Positions 9,469 through 18,201 of a stretch of DNA of 22,730 nt are shown here, piece after piece. How positions within the stretch are numbered: position 1 is the first letter of the stretch; each line of letters begins with the position of its first letter. The notes under the pieces are model-generated. The model did no database searches. It had not been told where the DNA came from and was given only the letters and a program-made list of their open reading frames with translations. The translations under genes and the position numbers were made by a program. The stretch lies in contig JAWAQR010000021.1 in NCBI GenBank assembly GCA_038893835.1, positions 1 through 22,730 of the forward strand, read 5' to 3'. The DNA is from Archaeoglobaceae archaeon (GTDB lineage: Archaea > Halobacteriota > Archaeoglobi > Archaeoglobales > Archaeoglobaceae).

Positions 9469-10227
9469 ATGAAGCAGATAATCGTTTACTTCATAGGCAT
9501 AGCTGGATCTGGCAAAACATATCTAACAAAGGCCTTCTCCGATTGGCTAGACTCGCGAAAAGTGGACTTCATGACTGTAAACCTAGATCCTGGAGCTGAT
9601 TTCGTTCCATATTCAGCGGACTTTGACGTCAGGGAATGGTTTACACTTGAGGATGTTATGCAAAAGTACGGAGTAGGACCAAATGGGGCGCAGATAATCT
9701 GCTCAGATCTGCTCGTAACGATAATCGATGACCTAACATATGAAATAGATCTGGCAAATCCCAGTTTTATTCTAATAGACACGCCTGGGCAGATGGAAAT
9801 TTTTACCGTTAGAGAAAGCAGTAAAATACTCATTGAAGCATTGGGAAGAGAAAGAAGTGCAATGGTGTTCCTATTCGACCCGGTAGTTTCAAAAACTCCT
9901 CTAGGATTTCTTTCCCAGCTATTCATGGCAAATTCAGCTGTATTTCGCTTGGAAATTCCACAGATAAATGTTTTGGCAAAATCAGATACGCTTGGAGATG
10001 ATGAAATTGAGAAAATAGTCAGATGGAGCACAGATCCGGATTATCTGATGAGCTTCATAGAAGGAAAGACGCTAAGCTTGGAACTTTTTCACGTTCTGAA
10101 AGATTCAGGATTATTTAGGCCAATAATCCCAGTCTCAGCATTAAAGGGCTATGGAATTGAAGACATATACGATGGGCTTCAGGAATTCTTCTATGGAGGA
10201 GAGGACATAGAGAGAGTTCTGTTCTGA
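9469..10227 (+). CDS. GPN-loop GTPase (PAB0955/PRK13768 family)
   Basis: GIAGSGKT, NLDPG, GPNG loop and DTPGQME. Confidence 0.95.
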   Translation: MKQIIVYFIGIAGSGKTYLTKAFSDWLDSRKVDFMTVNLDPGADFVPYSADFDVREWFTLEDVMQKYGVGPNGAQIICSDLLVTIIDDLTYEIDLANPSFILIDTPGQMEIFTVRESSKILIEALGRERSAMVFLFDPVVSKTPLGFLSQLFMANSAVFRLEIPQINVLAKSDTLGDDEIEKIVRWSTDPDYLMSFIEGKTLSLELFHVLKDSGLFRPIIPVSALKGYGIEDIYDGLQEFFYGGEDIERVLF

Positions 10228-11555
10228 ATCTGCTTCCCAACAAACTCATCAAGAATTTTAAGAAACTTTTCCTCAGTATCAAATGGAATTAAAGCACCCG
10301 CTGCAACGCTATGTCCCCCTCCACTACCCCCAACAGCCTCTGCAGCCATCTTAATCGCCTCGCTCAAATTCAGGCCTAGATCCACGAGCTTATACGTTGC
10401 CCTTGCAGAAACCTTTATACCGTTCTCACTTTCTGCAAATGCGATTATTGGTTTCCTTGGATTTTTAGCCAGGCTCATTCCAGCTATTATTCCGACTATT
10501 GTATCCCTTATTTCTCTTCCAGCATGAAAATACTGGATGTTTTCAAGCTCCTTTATTCCAATTTCCTCCACAATTCTCAAACCTTCAGCCAAGTTCTTTC
10601 TGTGATTCTGTAACAAAGTCCTCGCTCTACTTAAGGCTCTTTCATCCCCAAAGCATACGGCCAAGCCAACTTCAGCTTCCCCATATCTGGCAGTCGCATT
10701 TAAAAGGGTTGAGAATTCCATCGCATCCCTCTTTTCACAGCCCTCGGGATGATTTAGGAGAACGTAACACTCTCCAGCTATCCTCTTTATCTCATCATAA
10801 CCCATACCGATGTTCATGCAGTATCTTACCAAAGTTGATACAAACCTTCTTTTCTTCTCTCTCCCTATTTCAATCCACCTAACCCATGGATCTATTTCGA
10901 GGGATGAAAGGAAACGAAGACATCCTACCTCATCCCCCGTCAATCCCGGAATCATGGGGTCGATGTTATATTCGAGCATTTTAACAATCGGTCTAGTCTG
11001 CTTCCCAAAAAATCTGATATCCTTCTGAATTTCCACTATTTCACCATTTACAAATTCCAGAAGTTTTCTATTAAATCCAACAAGTTTTCCAAATCTTGAA
11101 TCCTGCAAATCTCCAACAGCTCCAACTATTGCAAGCTCTGCAAGTTTTCTATTTGGCGATAAACGATTTGCTACTAGAAGGGTTGCAACCGCGCCAGACA
11201 TCTCAATGCTTCCATCCATTCCAAAGTCATGTGGATTCAGTTGCCTTTCATGCCTTGCTTCAGGAACATGATGATCCGTAACTATGAACTCCAAGCCATC
11301 AAGCTTGCTCAGATGCCCACTGCCTAGATCCGTGAACCAAACGAACTTGTTGCGATCCCTTATTTTTTCTATCTCAAATTTATCGAGCTGTTTCACAAAT
11401 CTAATCTCAGCCTCAATTCCGTAATCTAGGAGAGACATCATCGCAATTGAACCAGCAGTTATTCCATCTGCATCTATATGAGTGACGATAAGCACTTCTT
11501 TCTGCTTTTTCAAAACTTCGGAAAGTTCAGAAGCTCTTGAGATCAATTTTATCAC
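10191..11555 (-). CDS. RecJ-like DHH/DHHA1 phosphoesterase (exonuclease)
   Basis: HIDADG, DLGSG, DHH, GAVGD and C-terminal SAR...GGGHSVAAGA. GTG start; 37-nt convergent overlap with the GTPase. Confidence 0.93.
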   Translation of the reverse strand: MIKLISRASELSEVLKKQKEVLIVTHIDADGITAGSIAMMSLLDYGIEAEIRFVKQLDKFEIEKIRDRNKFVWFTDLGSGHLSKLDGLEFIVTDHHVPEARHERQLNPHDFGMDGSIEMSGAVATLLVANRLSPNRKLAELAIVGAVGDLQDSRFGKLVGFNRKLLEFVNGEIVEIQKDIRFFGKQTRPIVKMLEYNIDPMIPGLTGDEVGCLRFLSSLEIDPWVRWIEIGREKKRRFVSTLVRYCMNIGMGYDEIKRIAGECYVLLNHPEGCEKRDAMEFSTLLNATARYGEAEVGLAVCFGDERALSRARTLLQNHRKNLAEGLRIVEEIGIKELENIQYFHAGREIRDTIVGIIAGMSLAKNPRKPIIAFAESENGIKVSARATYKLVDLGLNLSEAIKMAAEAVGGSGGGHSVAAGALIPFDTEEKFLKILDEFVGKQIQNRTLSMSSPP

Positions 11556-11592
11556 AAGAAGAAGTTTTATTTGGAAAATAAAAATTTTGCTA

Positions 11593-12408
11593 TCAGATTA
11601 CGACCTTTTTCAACTGGACCGGAATTTCTTCGTCACCTTTGTAGCCAATTGCTTCATCAACTGCGTGCCTTGCTATGTAACCAGCAACGTGAAGGAGAGT
11701 GTCGTTGTACTCCATATCCTTTTCCATGCTTGCAGTGCAAGGATAGCTGTGATGCGCTTCGCTGACTAACTTCCAAAGTTCTCTGATCTCGTAGTTTGAA
11801 AAATCAAAACCTCTAAGCTTTATTCCAATATACCAAGCAGCCCCACAAGGTTGGGATCTCAACACTCTTACCTTTCCATCCTCAATTTCGAATTTTGGAT
11901 AACCTATTCCAAACTCCTCTATAAAGCGATCTATTATCCTTTTTCCACTCTTTTTCATACTGCAGAATGGTTTTGGAGCAAGAAATTCTATGCCAAATTT
12001 CTCACATTTTTCTTCCAACTGCTTTGCTAAGCCTAGTGTGCACCATCTCGGTTCTTCAACAGGAACTATAAGAGCTGAAGCTTTTCCTTCGATTTTTTTC
12101 GGTAATGCTAAAAGAATGTCGGCATGCAGATTTATGGCTATTACAACGTCGCATTCCGGAATGAATTTTGGAAGATAATCTTCTGCATTTTCTATGAAGC
12201 TCGGTAACGTCTTTGGATCCACCATGTGAAAACTCGCAAGAATATTTTTAGAGAAGCTGTATAAACCTTCTTTACATCGTGTGCAGCTATTTATCCCGCA
12301 AGCTCCATAAGATGGACATGAGTTCGTATAGTTCATGAGATTCGCTATGAATCTTTCCCCAAAGAATCCGTAGTGGAAAATCACAACTCTTAGATTTGAC
12401 TGAAACAT
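11593..12408 (-). CDS. DUF166 (COG1810) family protein
   Basis: PKPFCS, RSQPCGAAW, HHSYPCTASM and LLHVAG motifs, plus an N-terminal four-Cys cluster. Confidence 0.78.
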   Translation of the reverse strand: MFQSNLRVVIFHYGFFGERFIANLMNYTNSCPSYGACGINSCTRCKEGLYSFSKNILASFHMVDPKTLPSFIENAEDYLPKFIPECDVVIAINLHADILLALPKKIEGKASALIVPVEEPRWCTLGLAKQLEEKCEKFGIEFLAPKPFCSMKKSGKRIIDRFIEEFGIGYPKFEIEDGKVRVLRSQPCGAAWYIGIKLRGFDFSNYEIRELWKLVSEAHHSYPCTASMEKDMEYNDTLLHVAGYIARHAVDEAIGYKGDEEIPVQLKKVVI

Positions 12409-12449
12409 AAATAAAATGCAATAGAGCCATTAAAAAGTTTGCCCCTAAT

Positions 12450-13232
12450 CTATTCAGAAATTAGCGATTTTACAATGTTTTCTCTTGCCCACTCCTTCCC
12501 ACTAACCATTTCCATGATCAAAGCCTTTTCAGGTGGATTTGGGAACAGCTCGGAAACTATCTCATCTACACTCCTCCCCCTTCTGTAAAGATCCTCAGCC
12601 TTTTTCCTAAGTTCTTCCAGATAAAAAAGGTAATCCTCAACCTTTTCCCTATCCAAAACTCCAATCCCCGTGTAGGCATATTTGAAATCGAGATCCAAAA
12701 TTTTTCGAATTGACTTCATCGTCTCCTTTAGCTTTTCCTCCCTCATGCAAACAACCTGCCCCCTCGTTATAACCAAGTCTCCACAGAAAAGGTTTCCATC
12801 GACCAGAAAGGAGACGTGATCAAAGGTGTGCCCAGGAGTTTCTAAGACTTCAATCTCAAGATCTCCAAATTTCATGAATTTATCCAGCTTTTCTGCAAAT
12901 ATCGGCCTAGGCTGTCCCCATACTATTTTCCTGTACTCTGGTATTTCCGGGGGATTTCTAAGGATTTCCAGTGATTTCTCTGGAGCAAATACCTTCATAA
13001 CCCTCTGCAGCTCTATAGCTCCACCAACATGGTCTTCATGATAATGCGTTACTAGAACTGCTCTCTTATCTTTAAAAGCCTCGAAAACTTCTAAAGCTGT
13101 GTGAGGACAGCCGGAATCGAAGAGAACGTTTTTGTAAACATAAAAGTATACCCAATACAAAACCCTTCCTCCAACTTCATTTCCGCAGCGCACAACTTTG
13201 ACTTCACCGTGATCTGAAGGAATAAGAACCAT
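12450..13232 (-). CDS. Metallo-beta-lactamase fold hydrolase
   Basis: LFDSG, THYHEDH (HxHxDH), TPGHTFDH and FCGD. Confidence 0.92.
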   Translation of the reverse strand: MVLIPSDHGEVKVVRCGNEVGGRVLYWVYFYVYKNVLFDSGCPHTALEVFEAFKDKRAVLVTHYHEDHVGGAIELQRVMKVFAPEKSLEILRNPPEIPEYRKIVWGQPRPIFAEKLDKFMKFGDLEIEVLETPGHTFDHVSFLVDGNLFCGDLVITRGQVVCMREEKLKETMKSIRKILDLDFKYAYTGIGVLDREKVEDYLFYLEELRKKAEDLYRRGRSVDEIVSELFPNPPEKALIMEMVSGKEWARENIVKSLISE

Positions 13233-13318
13233 GGTAAAAGTAAAAAAATTTAAAATATAAATCTTTTGTCCTTTGTTGTTTTCAAAGATTTTTTATACCA
13301 TTGTGATTAGAATTTTTA
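13233..13318. promoter_or_regulatory. Divergent promoters for the MBL hydrolase and the hydantoinase-like operon
   Basis: AT-rich 86-bp gap. + strand TTTATA (13292-13297) is about 21 nt before ATG 13319; - strand TTTATAT (13255-13261) is about 22 nt before ATG 13232. Confidence 0.5.
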
Positions 13319-14797
13319 ATGATCGGTATAAATGTGGGTGGTGCGAACATAATTTGTGCGGAAGTCAAGGATGATGGGATAAGACTTTTGAGAAAACCCT
13401 CAGATTTTGGGTTAAAGAGTATCGTAGAAGATTTTCCTGAGATAAAAAAGGAGAGAGTGATTGTAAGCACATCTCTTCCAATAAATCACATCCTTTTAAA
13501 GTACGAGAAACTCAAAACACTCGTACTTCTGATTCCAGGACCGGGATTGAACTACTCCCAATACGGCTATGTGCTAAAAGGTTACGTAAACCACCGTGGG
13601 GATGTTGTTGAGAAAATAGATGAGAACGAAGTTAGAAAAATACTAGAAAAATCCGGATTTAACAACATTGCGATAGCGTCAAAATTTTCAGTGAGAAACC
13701 CAATTCTCGAGGAGGAAGTCAAGAAAATAGTCTGTGAAAAGTTTGAGGAGAAGAAAGTAGCGCTTAGCTATTTCATTGGAGGGCTGAACTATCCTGCAAG
13801 GATAAACACGACTGTAATAAATGCGAAATTAAAAGAAGTAATCTGGGATTTGACAGAAGAGTTGAAAGCTCAGATTCCAAATTTCTATTACCTTCTTGGC
13901 GATGGTTCCATTTCCACTCCAAAATCGGTTGTTGAGAATCCCTCTCTTCTTTACAATTCCAGCGCGGTAGCATCTGCATTTGGGGCGATATATCTCACGG
14001 AAATGAAGGATGGAGCTGTTGTAGACATTGGAGCCTTTTCAACCAATCTAATACCAATAGAGAACGGAAAACCAAGATTTGTAACAGGAATTGAAGTCAT
14101 GGGAAAACAAACGCTGATTAGGAGTGTAGACGTGATCACGATCCCATTTGGCGGAAATTCGGTTGTTTCAGAAGGAAGGATAACTGAAGAATTGAGCAAA
14201 CCACTCGCATTTGGGGGGGATAAATTCACGCTGACCGATGCGATTAACTGTTTAGGAAATGAGATTGGAGATTTCAAAGCTTCGAGAAGTTATGAGGAAA
14301 AAGTCGACTACGATATTGCTCTTGCCCAGTTCATCTCAATAGTTGCAGAGAATCTCAGAGAAATGGGTGTTGAAAAAATAATTGGAGCCGGATATCTTGC
14401 TCCATATATAATACCAGAAATTGCGAGAAAGGCGAAGGTCAGCTATGTGATTCCAAAGTTTTTCGATGGAATAAGGGCAATTGGTTCAGCCGTTTCTAAA
14501 ATTAGCCTGACTTTGCACGCGAGATTTGATACGGAAAAGGGGATAGCGATATACAATGGAGTATTTGAGAGAGCCCCATTCAGAGTAGGGAGCATTCCAA
14601 GGGATGATGAAATACTAGAAGCCGCAAGGAAGAAAATAGTGGAGATAGCGAAGAGTTTTGGCAGCGATGAAGTAGGTGAAATAAAGCTACTAGACTTTTA
14701 CTCCTTCACAATAGTAAAAGGAGGAATGAAAAGGGGATTGATAGCTGATGTTACAATGCAAATAGAACCTGGGATAATATGGAGGAAGAAGTGCTGA
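13319..14797 (+). CDS. Hydantoinase/oxoprolinase A family protein (degenerate motifs)
   Basis: GINVGGAN, IPGPG, GYVNHRG, ASKFSVRNP, NYPARINTTVINA, VDIGAFSTN, GGNS and FTLTDA align with the family pattern. Confidence 0.85.
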   Translation: MIGINVGGANIICAEVKDDGIRLLRKPSDFGLKSIVEDFPEIKKERVIVSTSLPINHILLKYEKLKTLVLLIPGPGLNYSQYGYVLKGYVNHRGDVVEKIDENEVRKILEKSGFNNIAIASKFSVRNPILEEEVKKIVCEKFEEKKVALSYFIGGLNYPARINTTVINAKLKEVIWDLTEELKAQIPNFYYLLGDGSISTPKSVVENPSLLYNSSAVASAFGAIYLTEMKDGAVVDIGAFSTNLIPIENGKPRFVTGIEVMGKQTLIRSVDVITIPFGGNSVVSEGRITEELSKPLAFGGDKFTLTDAINCLGNEIGDFKASRSYEEKVDYDIALAQFISIVAENLREMGVEKIIGAGYLAPYIIPEIARKAKVSYVIPKFFDGIRAIGSAVSKISLTLHARFDTEKGIAIYNGVFERAPFRVGSIPRDDEILEAARKKIVEIAKSFGSDEVGEIKLLDFYSFTIVKGGMKRGLIADVTMQIEPGIIWRKKC

Positions 14798-15144
14798 AGG
14801 CCATCGAGGAATTGAAAGAAAAGGCCAGAAATGGGTGGGTAATAGTTGTCGAGGGCAATAAGGATAAAAATGCTCTCCGCCTTCTCGGAGTTGAGGGAGA
14901 AATAGTTGTCTTCAACGGATTTTCGAAGACAGTTGAGAAGTTGAGGGGAAGAAAAATAGTGATACTTACAGATTACGATGAAAAGGGGATAAAGATAGAA
15001 AAGGGGCTGATTGAAGTCCTTTCTGAATGCAGAAATGTTGATGTTGAGATAAAGAAAAGGATCTTCTGCTATTTGAAAAAAGAGGTTACCAAAGTCGAAG
15101 AACTTTACGACTATTTGATGAGGGAGGGTTATGTTGGATTTTGA
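14779..15144 (+). CDS. Small TOPRIM-domain protein (COG1658, RNase M5/primase-like)
   Basis: IVVEGNKD and ILTDYDEKG (E...DxD) TOPRIM motifs. Confidence 0.9.
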   Translation: MEEEVLKAIEELKEKARNGWVIVVEGNKDKNALRLLGVEGEIVVFNGFSKTVEKLRGRKIVILTDYDEKGIKIEKGLIEVLSECRNVDVEIKKRIFCYLKKEVTKVEELYDYLMREGYVGF

Positions 15145-15946
15145 TCATTTTGTTGTAGTTCTAAAGGAAATGATATTCAAAGCGCACACAGAACTTCCAG
15201 AGGATGTTTTAGATGCCATAAAAAGGGCTTATAAGGCTGAAGAAAACGAAATAGCAAAAAGAAATCTGGAAATAATATTAGAAAACGTTGAACTGGCCAA
15301 AAAAACTGGATTGCCAATTTGCCAGGACACAGGTGTTCCATTTTTCTTTGTGGAGATCGGTAAGGAACTTGAGCTAGGCTTCGATGTCAGGGATGCCATT
15401 GTAAGGGCAGTAAGAGAGATGACCCCAAAACTTCTTCGCCCAAATGCTGTTCATCCAATAACCAGAAAGAATTCGGGAGATAACACCGGAATTGGTGTAC
15501 CGATAATAAACCTAGAAATAGTCGAAGGGGATAGGCTTAGAATCGTTTATCTGCCGAAAGGAGCTGGAAGCGAAAATGTTTCCGCTTTGAAGATGTTGCT
15601 TCCGACTGAAGTTGAAAAGATCAAGAGATTCGTTTTGGAAGTCGTGGCAAATGCCATGGGTCTTCCATGTCCTCCGATCATAGTTGGACTGGGAATTGGA
15701 GGGAGCTTCGATCTATCTGCAAAGCTCGCCAAGAAAGCTTTACTCAGAAGACTTGACAGCATGAACGATTTTGAACTGGAAATCCTCGAAGCTATAAACT
15801 CGCTCGGAATAGGGCCAATGGGGCTTGGCGGTAAAACCACTGCTTTAGCGGTTCTTTCAGAAATAGCACATTGCCACACAGCTTCCTTACCGGTTGCTGT
15901 GAACATACAATGCTGGGCAAACAGAAGGGCGGAGGTGGTTTTGTGA
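15131..15946 (+). CDS. Fe-S fumarate hydratase (class I / tartrate dehydratase family), alpha subunit
   Basis: [30 protein letters not shown] and QCWA. GGAGG SD upstream. Confidence 0.95.
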   Translation: MLDFDHFVVVLKEMIFKAHTELPEDVLDAIKRAYKAEENEIAKRNLEIILENVELAKKTGLPICQDTGVPFFFVEIGKELELGFDVRDAIVRAVREMTPKLLRPNAVHPITRKNSGDNTGIGVPIINLEIVEGDRLRIVYLPKGAGSENVSALKMLLPTEVEKIKRFVLEVVANAMGLPCPPIIVGLGIGGSFDLSAKLAKKALLRRLDSMNDFELEILEAINSLGIGPMGLGGKTTALAVLSEIAHCHTASLPVAVNIQCWANRRAEVVL

Positions 15947-16494
15947 TATTAAAAGCACCTGTTGGAGAAGAGATTTTGAAGTTAAAGGTTGGAGATATCG
16001 TTTACGTTGAAGGAGATATATTGACTGCGAGAGATAAAGCGCATGCAAGAATTGTGGAAAAGCTTCAGCATGCAGATTCCTTGCCCTTTACTCTGAACAG
16101 GGCTATAATATATCATTGTGGTCCAATCGTTGTAAGTGAAAAAGTGATCTCAGCAGGACCAACGACTTCAGATAGAATGAGTCCCTTCATACCAAGGATA
16201 ATGGAAAAAGTTGACTATATAGCCTTTATAGGCAAAGGAGGATTCAGCGAAAGTGCCGTGAATTCGATGAAAGGTAAAGCAGTTTATCTCGCATTTACTG
16301 GCGGCGCTGGAGCGTTTGCAGCTAGTAAGATAAGGAAGATAAAAGGAGTTTTCTGGGAAGACTTAGGAATGGCAGAAGCTGTCTGGGCTTTTGAAGTTGA
16401 AAAGTTTGGACCATGTATAGTTGCAATAGATTCCAGCGGAAGGAGTATTTATGAAGAAGTGAGAAAGAAAGTGCTGGAAAAGTTGAGAAAATGA
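15943..16494 (+). CDS. Fe-S fumarate hydratase, beta subunit
   Basis: [24 protein letters not shown] and LGMAEA. GTG start at 15943 (GTGA overlap with the alpha stop) preceded by GGAGGTGG. Confidence 0.94.
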   Translation: MILKAPVGEEILKLKVGDIVYVEGDILTARDKAHARIVEKLQHADSLPFTLNRAIIYHCGPIVVSEKVISAGPTTSDRMSPFIPRIMEKVDYIAFIGKGGFSESAVNSMKGKAVYLAFTGGAGAFAASKIRKIKGVFWEDLGMAEAVWAFEVEKFGPCIVAIDSSGRSIYEEVRKKVLEKLRK

Positions 16495-16742
16495 TCATCC
16501 TTCACATCTCCGGCCACTGCATAGAAAAGGCTGCGAGAAAAAAGTATGAAGAGTTGGTGATGGAACTTTTGAGGGAAGAAAATAGAAAAAAAGAGGAAGA
16601 GCTCGAATTTCTCTTGGAATTTCTTAAAAGGGCAAATTTCTCCGAACTTCGAAGACGAGGATTTGATGGAAGAGAAGAGATGTTCGTAATGGTTAAGAAA
16701 GAGGGTAATGAATTCGTTGTTGAAAAGATATGCTCTTCCTAA
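16491..16742 (+). CDS. Hypothetical protein (83 aa)
   Basis: ATGA overlap with the fumarase beta stop, overlap with the dph5 start, and normal codon bias. Confidence 0.75.
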   Translation: MIILHISGHCIEKAARKKYEELVMELLREENRKKEEELEFLLEFLKRANFSELRRRGFDGREEMFVMVKKEGNEFVVEKICSS

Positions 16743-17482
16743 TTGGAATTGGTCTTTGGGATGAAAAGGACATAACTATCAGAGGATTGGAAGCTGTTAA
16801 GAGTGCTGACGTCGTATTTGCCGAATTTTACACCTCAATAATCGGTGCAAGTGTTGAGGATTTGGAGAAGTTCTTTGAAAAGAAGATAAATGTGCTGAAG
16901 AGAGAAGATCTAGAAGAAAGGAGTAAGGAAATAATAGGGATGGCAAAGGATAAAAAAGTGGCTATAATCACAGCTGGAGACCCAATGATTGCCACAACAC
17001 ATGTTTCTTTGCTGATCGAGGCGAAAAAAATGGGTGTTGAGGTTAAAGTGATAAACAATGCCAGTATAATAAATGCTGTCTGCGCCCTTACAGGGCTTCA
17101 GAATTACAGGTTTGGAAAGTCCGCAACTATTAGCTGGCATAGATCAAGAGCATTCGTAGATGTTATAAAGGCGAATCTGAGCATAGATGCACATACTTTG
17201 CTCTTCCTAGACCTAAATCCACCCATGAAAATAAAGGAGGCGATTGAAAGGATTTTAGAGCTTGAAAACAACTTTGAAAACCACTTTGCAGTAGGAGTTG
17301 CCAGAGCTGGAAGTCCTAGGGCTGAGGTGAGATGTGATAGATTGAAAAAGTTGTACAAGCATGACTTTGGAGACCCTCCACATTCACTGGTGATACTTTC
17401 GCGGAAAATACATTTCATGGAATTCGAATCGCTCAAACTGCTTGCATCTGCTCCTGAAGAACTGAGAGAGTGGGTAGCTTGA
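16730..17482 (+). CDS. dph5: Diphthine synthase
   Basis: LIGIGL..EKDIT.RG, EFYTS, GDPMIATTH, GLQNYRFGKSATI, HTLLFLD and DFGDPPHSL. Confidence 0.97.
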   Translation: MLFLIGIGLWDEKDITIRGLEAVKSADVVFAEFYTSIIGASVEDLEKFFEKKINVLKREDLEERSKEIIGMAKDKKVAIITAGDPMIATTHVSLLIEAKKMGVEVKVINNASIINAVCALTGLQNYRFGKSATISWHRSRAFVDVIKANLSIDAHTLLFLDLNPPMKIKEAIERILELENNFENHFAVGVARAGSPRAEVRCDRLKKLYKHDFGDPPHSLVILSRKIHFMEFESLKLLASAPEELREWVA

Positions 17483-17556
17483 AGGAGAAATTTGGAATTC
17501 TACTTCTAATTCTAGGCATTGGTATGACTTTCCTTATCTGGTGGTTTTATGGATAG
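17479..17556 (+). CDS. Putative 25-aa single-pass membrane microprotein (MKEKFGILLLILGIGMTFLIWWFYG)
   Basis: TTG start overlaps the dph5 stop (TTGA); an alternative in-frame GTG lies at 17470. The stop overlaps the next ATG (ATGGATAG). Charged N-terminus, 21 uncharged residues and an aromatic cap. Below the ORF-track cutoff. Confidence 0.55.
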   Translation: MKEKFGILLLILGIGMTFLIWWFYG

Positions 17557-17896
17557 AAAAGCCGAGATAATGGACAGATTTGGGGACTTGCTTGACGAAG
17601 AAACTGCTGAACTTCTTGCAAGACATGAAGAAGTTAGATTTAGTAAGATATCTGAGATAAATCCTGGAAGAGTGAACGTTCGCGGAACAATAACTGGAAT
17701 TGGAGATCCAGAGAGTGGAAATGAGATATACATTTCAGACGAAACCGGTAGGATAAAAGTTTTTGTGAGCAGAGAAATTTACATGAAAGCAGACATAGGC
17801 AAGGAGATCGAAATATACAATGGCTTTGCAAAAGCCGGAAAAAAGGGGATTGAAATCTATGTGAACAGATTTTCAATTGTCAGGATTTTAGAATAA
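17549..17896 (+). CDS. Short RPA-like OB-fold nucleic acid-binding protein
   Basis: N-terminal FGDLLDEETAELLA helix (RPA N-terminal, DUF2240-like), then OB signatures KISEI..VNVRGTI and ISDETGRIKV. GGTGG SD. Confidence 0.75.
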   Translation: MDRKAEIMDRFGDLLDEETAELLARHEEVRFSKISEINPGRVNVRGTITGIGDPESGNEIYISDETGRIKVFVSREIYMKADIGKEIEIYNGFAKAGKKGIEIYVNRFSIVRILE

Positions 17897-18201
17897 AAAA
17901 GATGGGATTCGCATTTGCAATCTGAGCATCCAAAGCCCTTTATTTTTTCAAGCTTTAGCTTAGATGCAAGTTCGCATTCGGGAATCTTGAATAAAATTGC
18001 CCCCACTATTTCGAATTCATCTAAGATGTAATCGATGTGCCATTTCCTTCCCTTTTTTTGAAAATGTCTTTTAATTCTGCTCATTTTCTTCGCGCTTCCG
18101 ACGTAGTAATAAAAACCTGGCTTGAAAAGAAACTTTCCGAGTTTTCCTATTTCCAATTCCCTCTCCTCCTCATTTTTCAGGATCAAAACGTATGAAGTCA
18201 T
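17857..18201 (-). CDS. GIY-YIG (Uri superfamily, DUF123) nuclease-like protein
   Basis: SYVL...YYYVGSA...RIKRH...WHIDY...EC...GFGCSDCKCESHLF. ATGA overlap with the upstream gene. Confidence 0.88.
   Translation of the reverse strand: MTSYVLILKNEEERELEIGKLGKFLFKPGFYYYVGSAKKMSRIKRHFQKKGRKWHIDYILDEFEIVGAILFKIPECELASKLKLEKIKGFGCSDCKCESHLFYSKILTIENLFT

Noticed and set aside
8286-10031. Long antisense ORFs (8286-8819, 9042-9365, 9486-10031) and similar ones elsewhere (845-1321, 15547-15906)
   Set aside because: Shadow frames of well-supported genes, rich in S/F/I/T and without motifs.
15871-15942. N-terminal extension of fumarase beta in the ORF track
   Set aside because: Lies within the alpha gene. 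GTG 15943 has a strong SD and a GTGA overlap.
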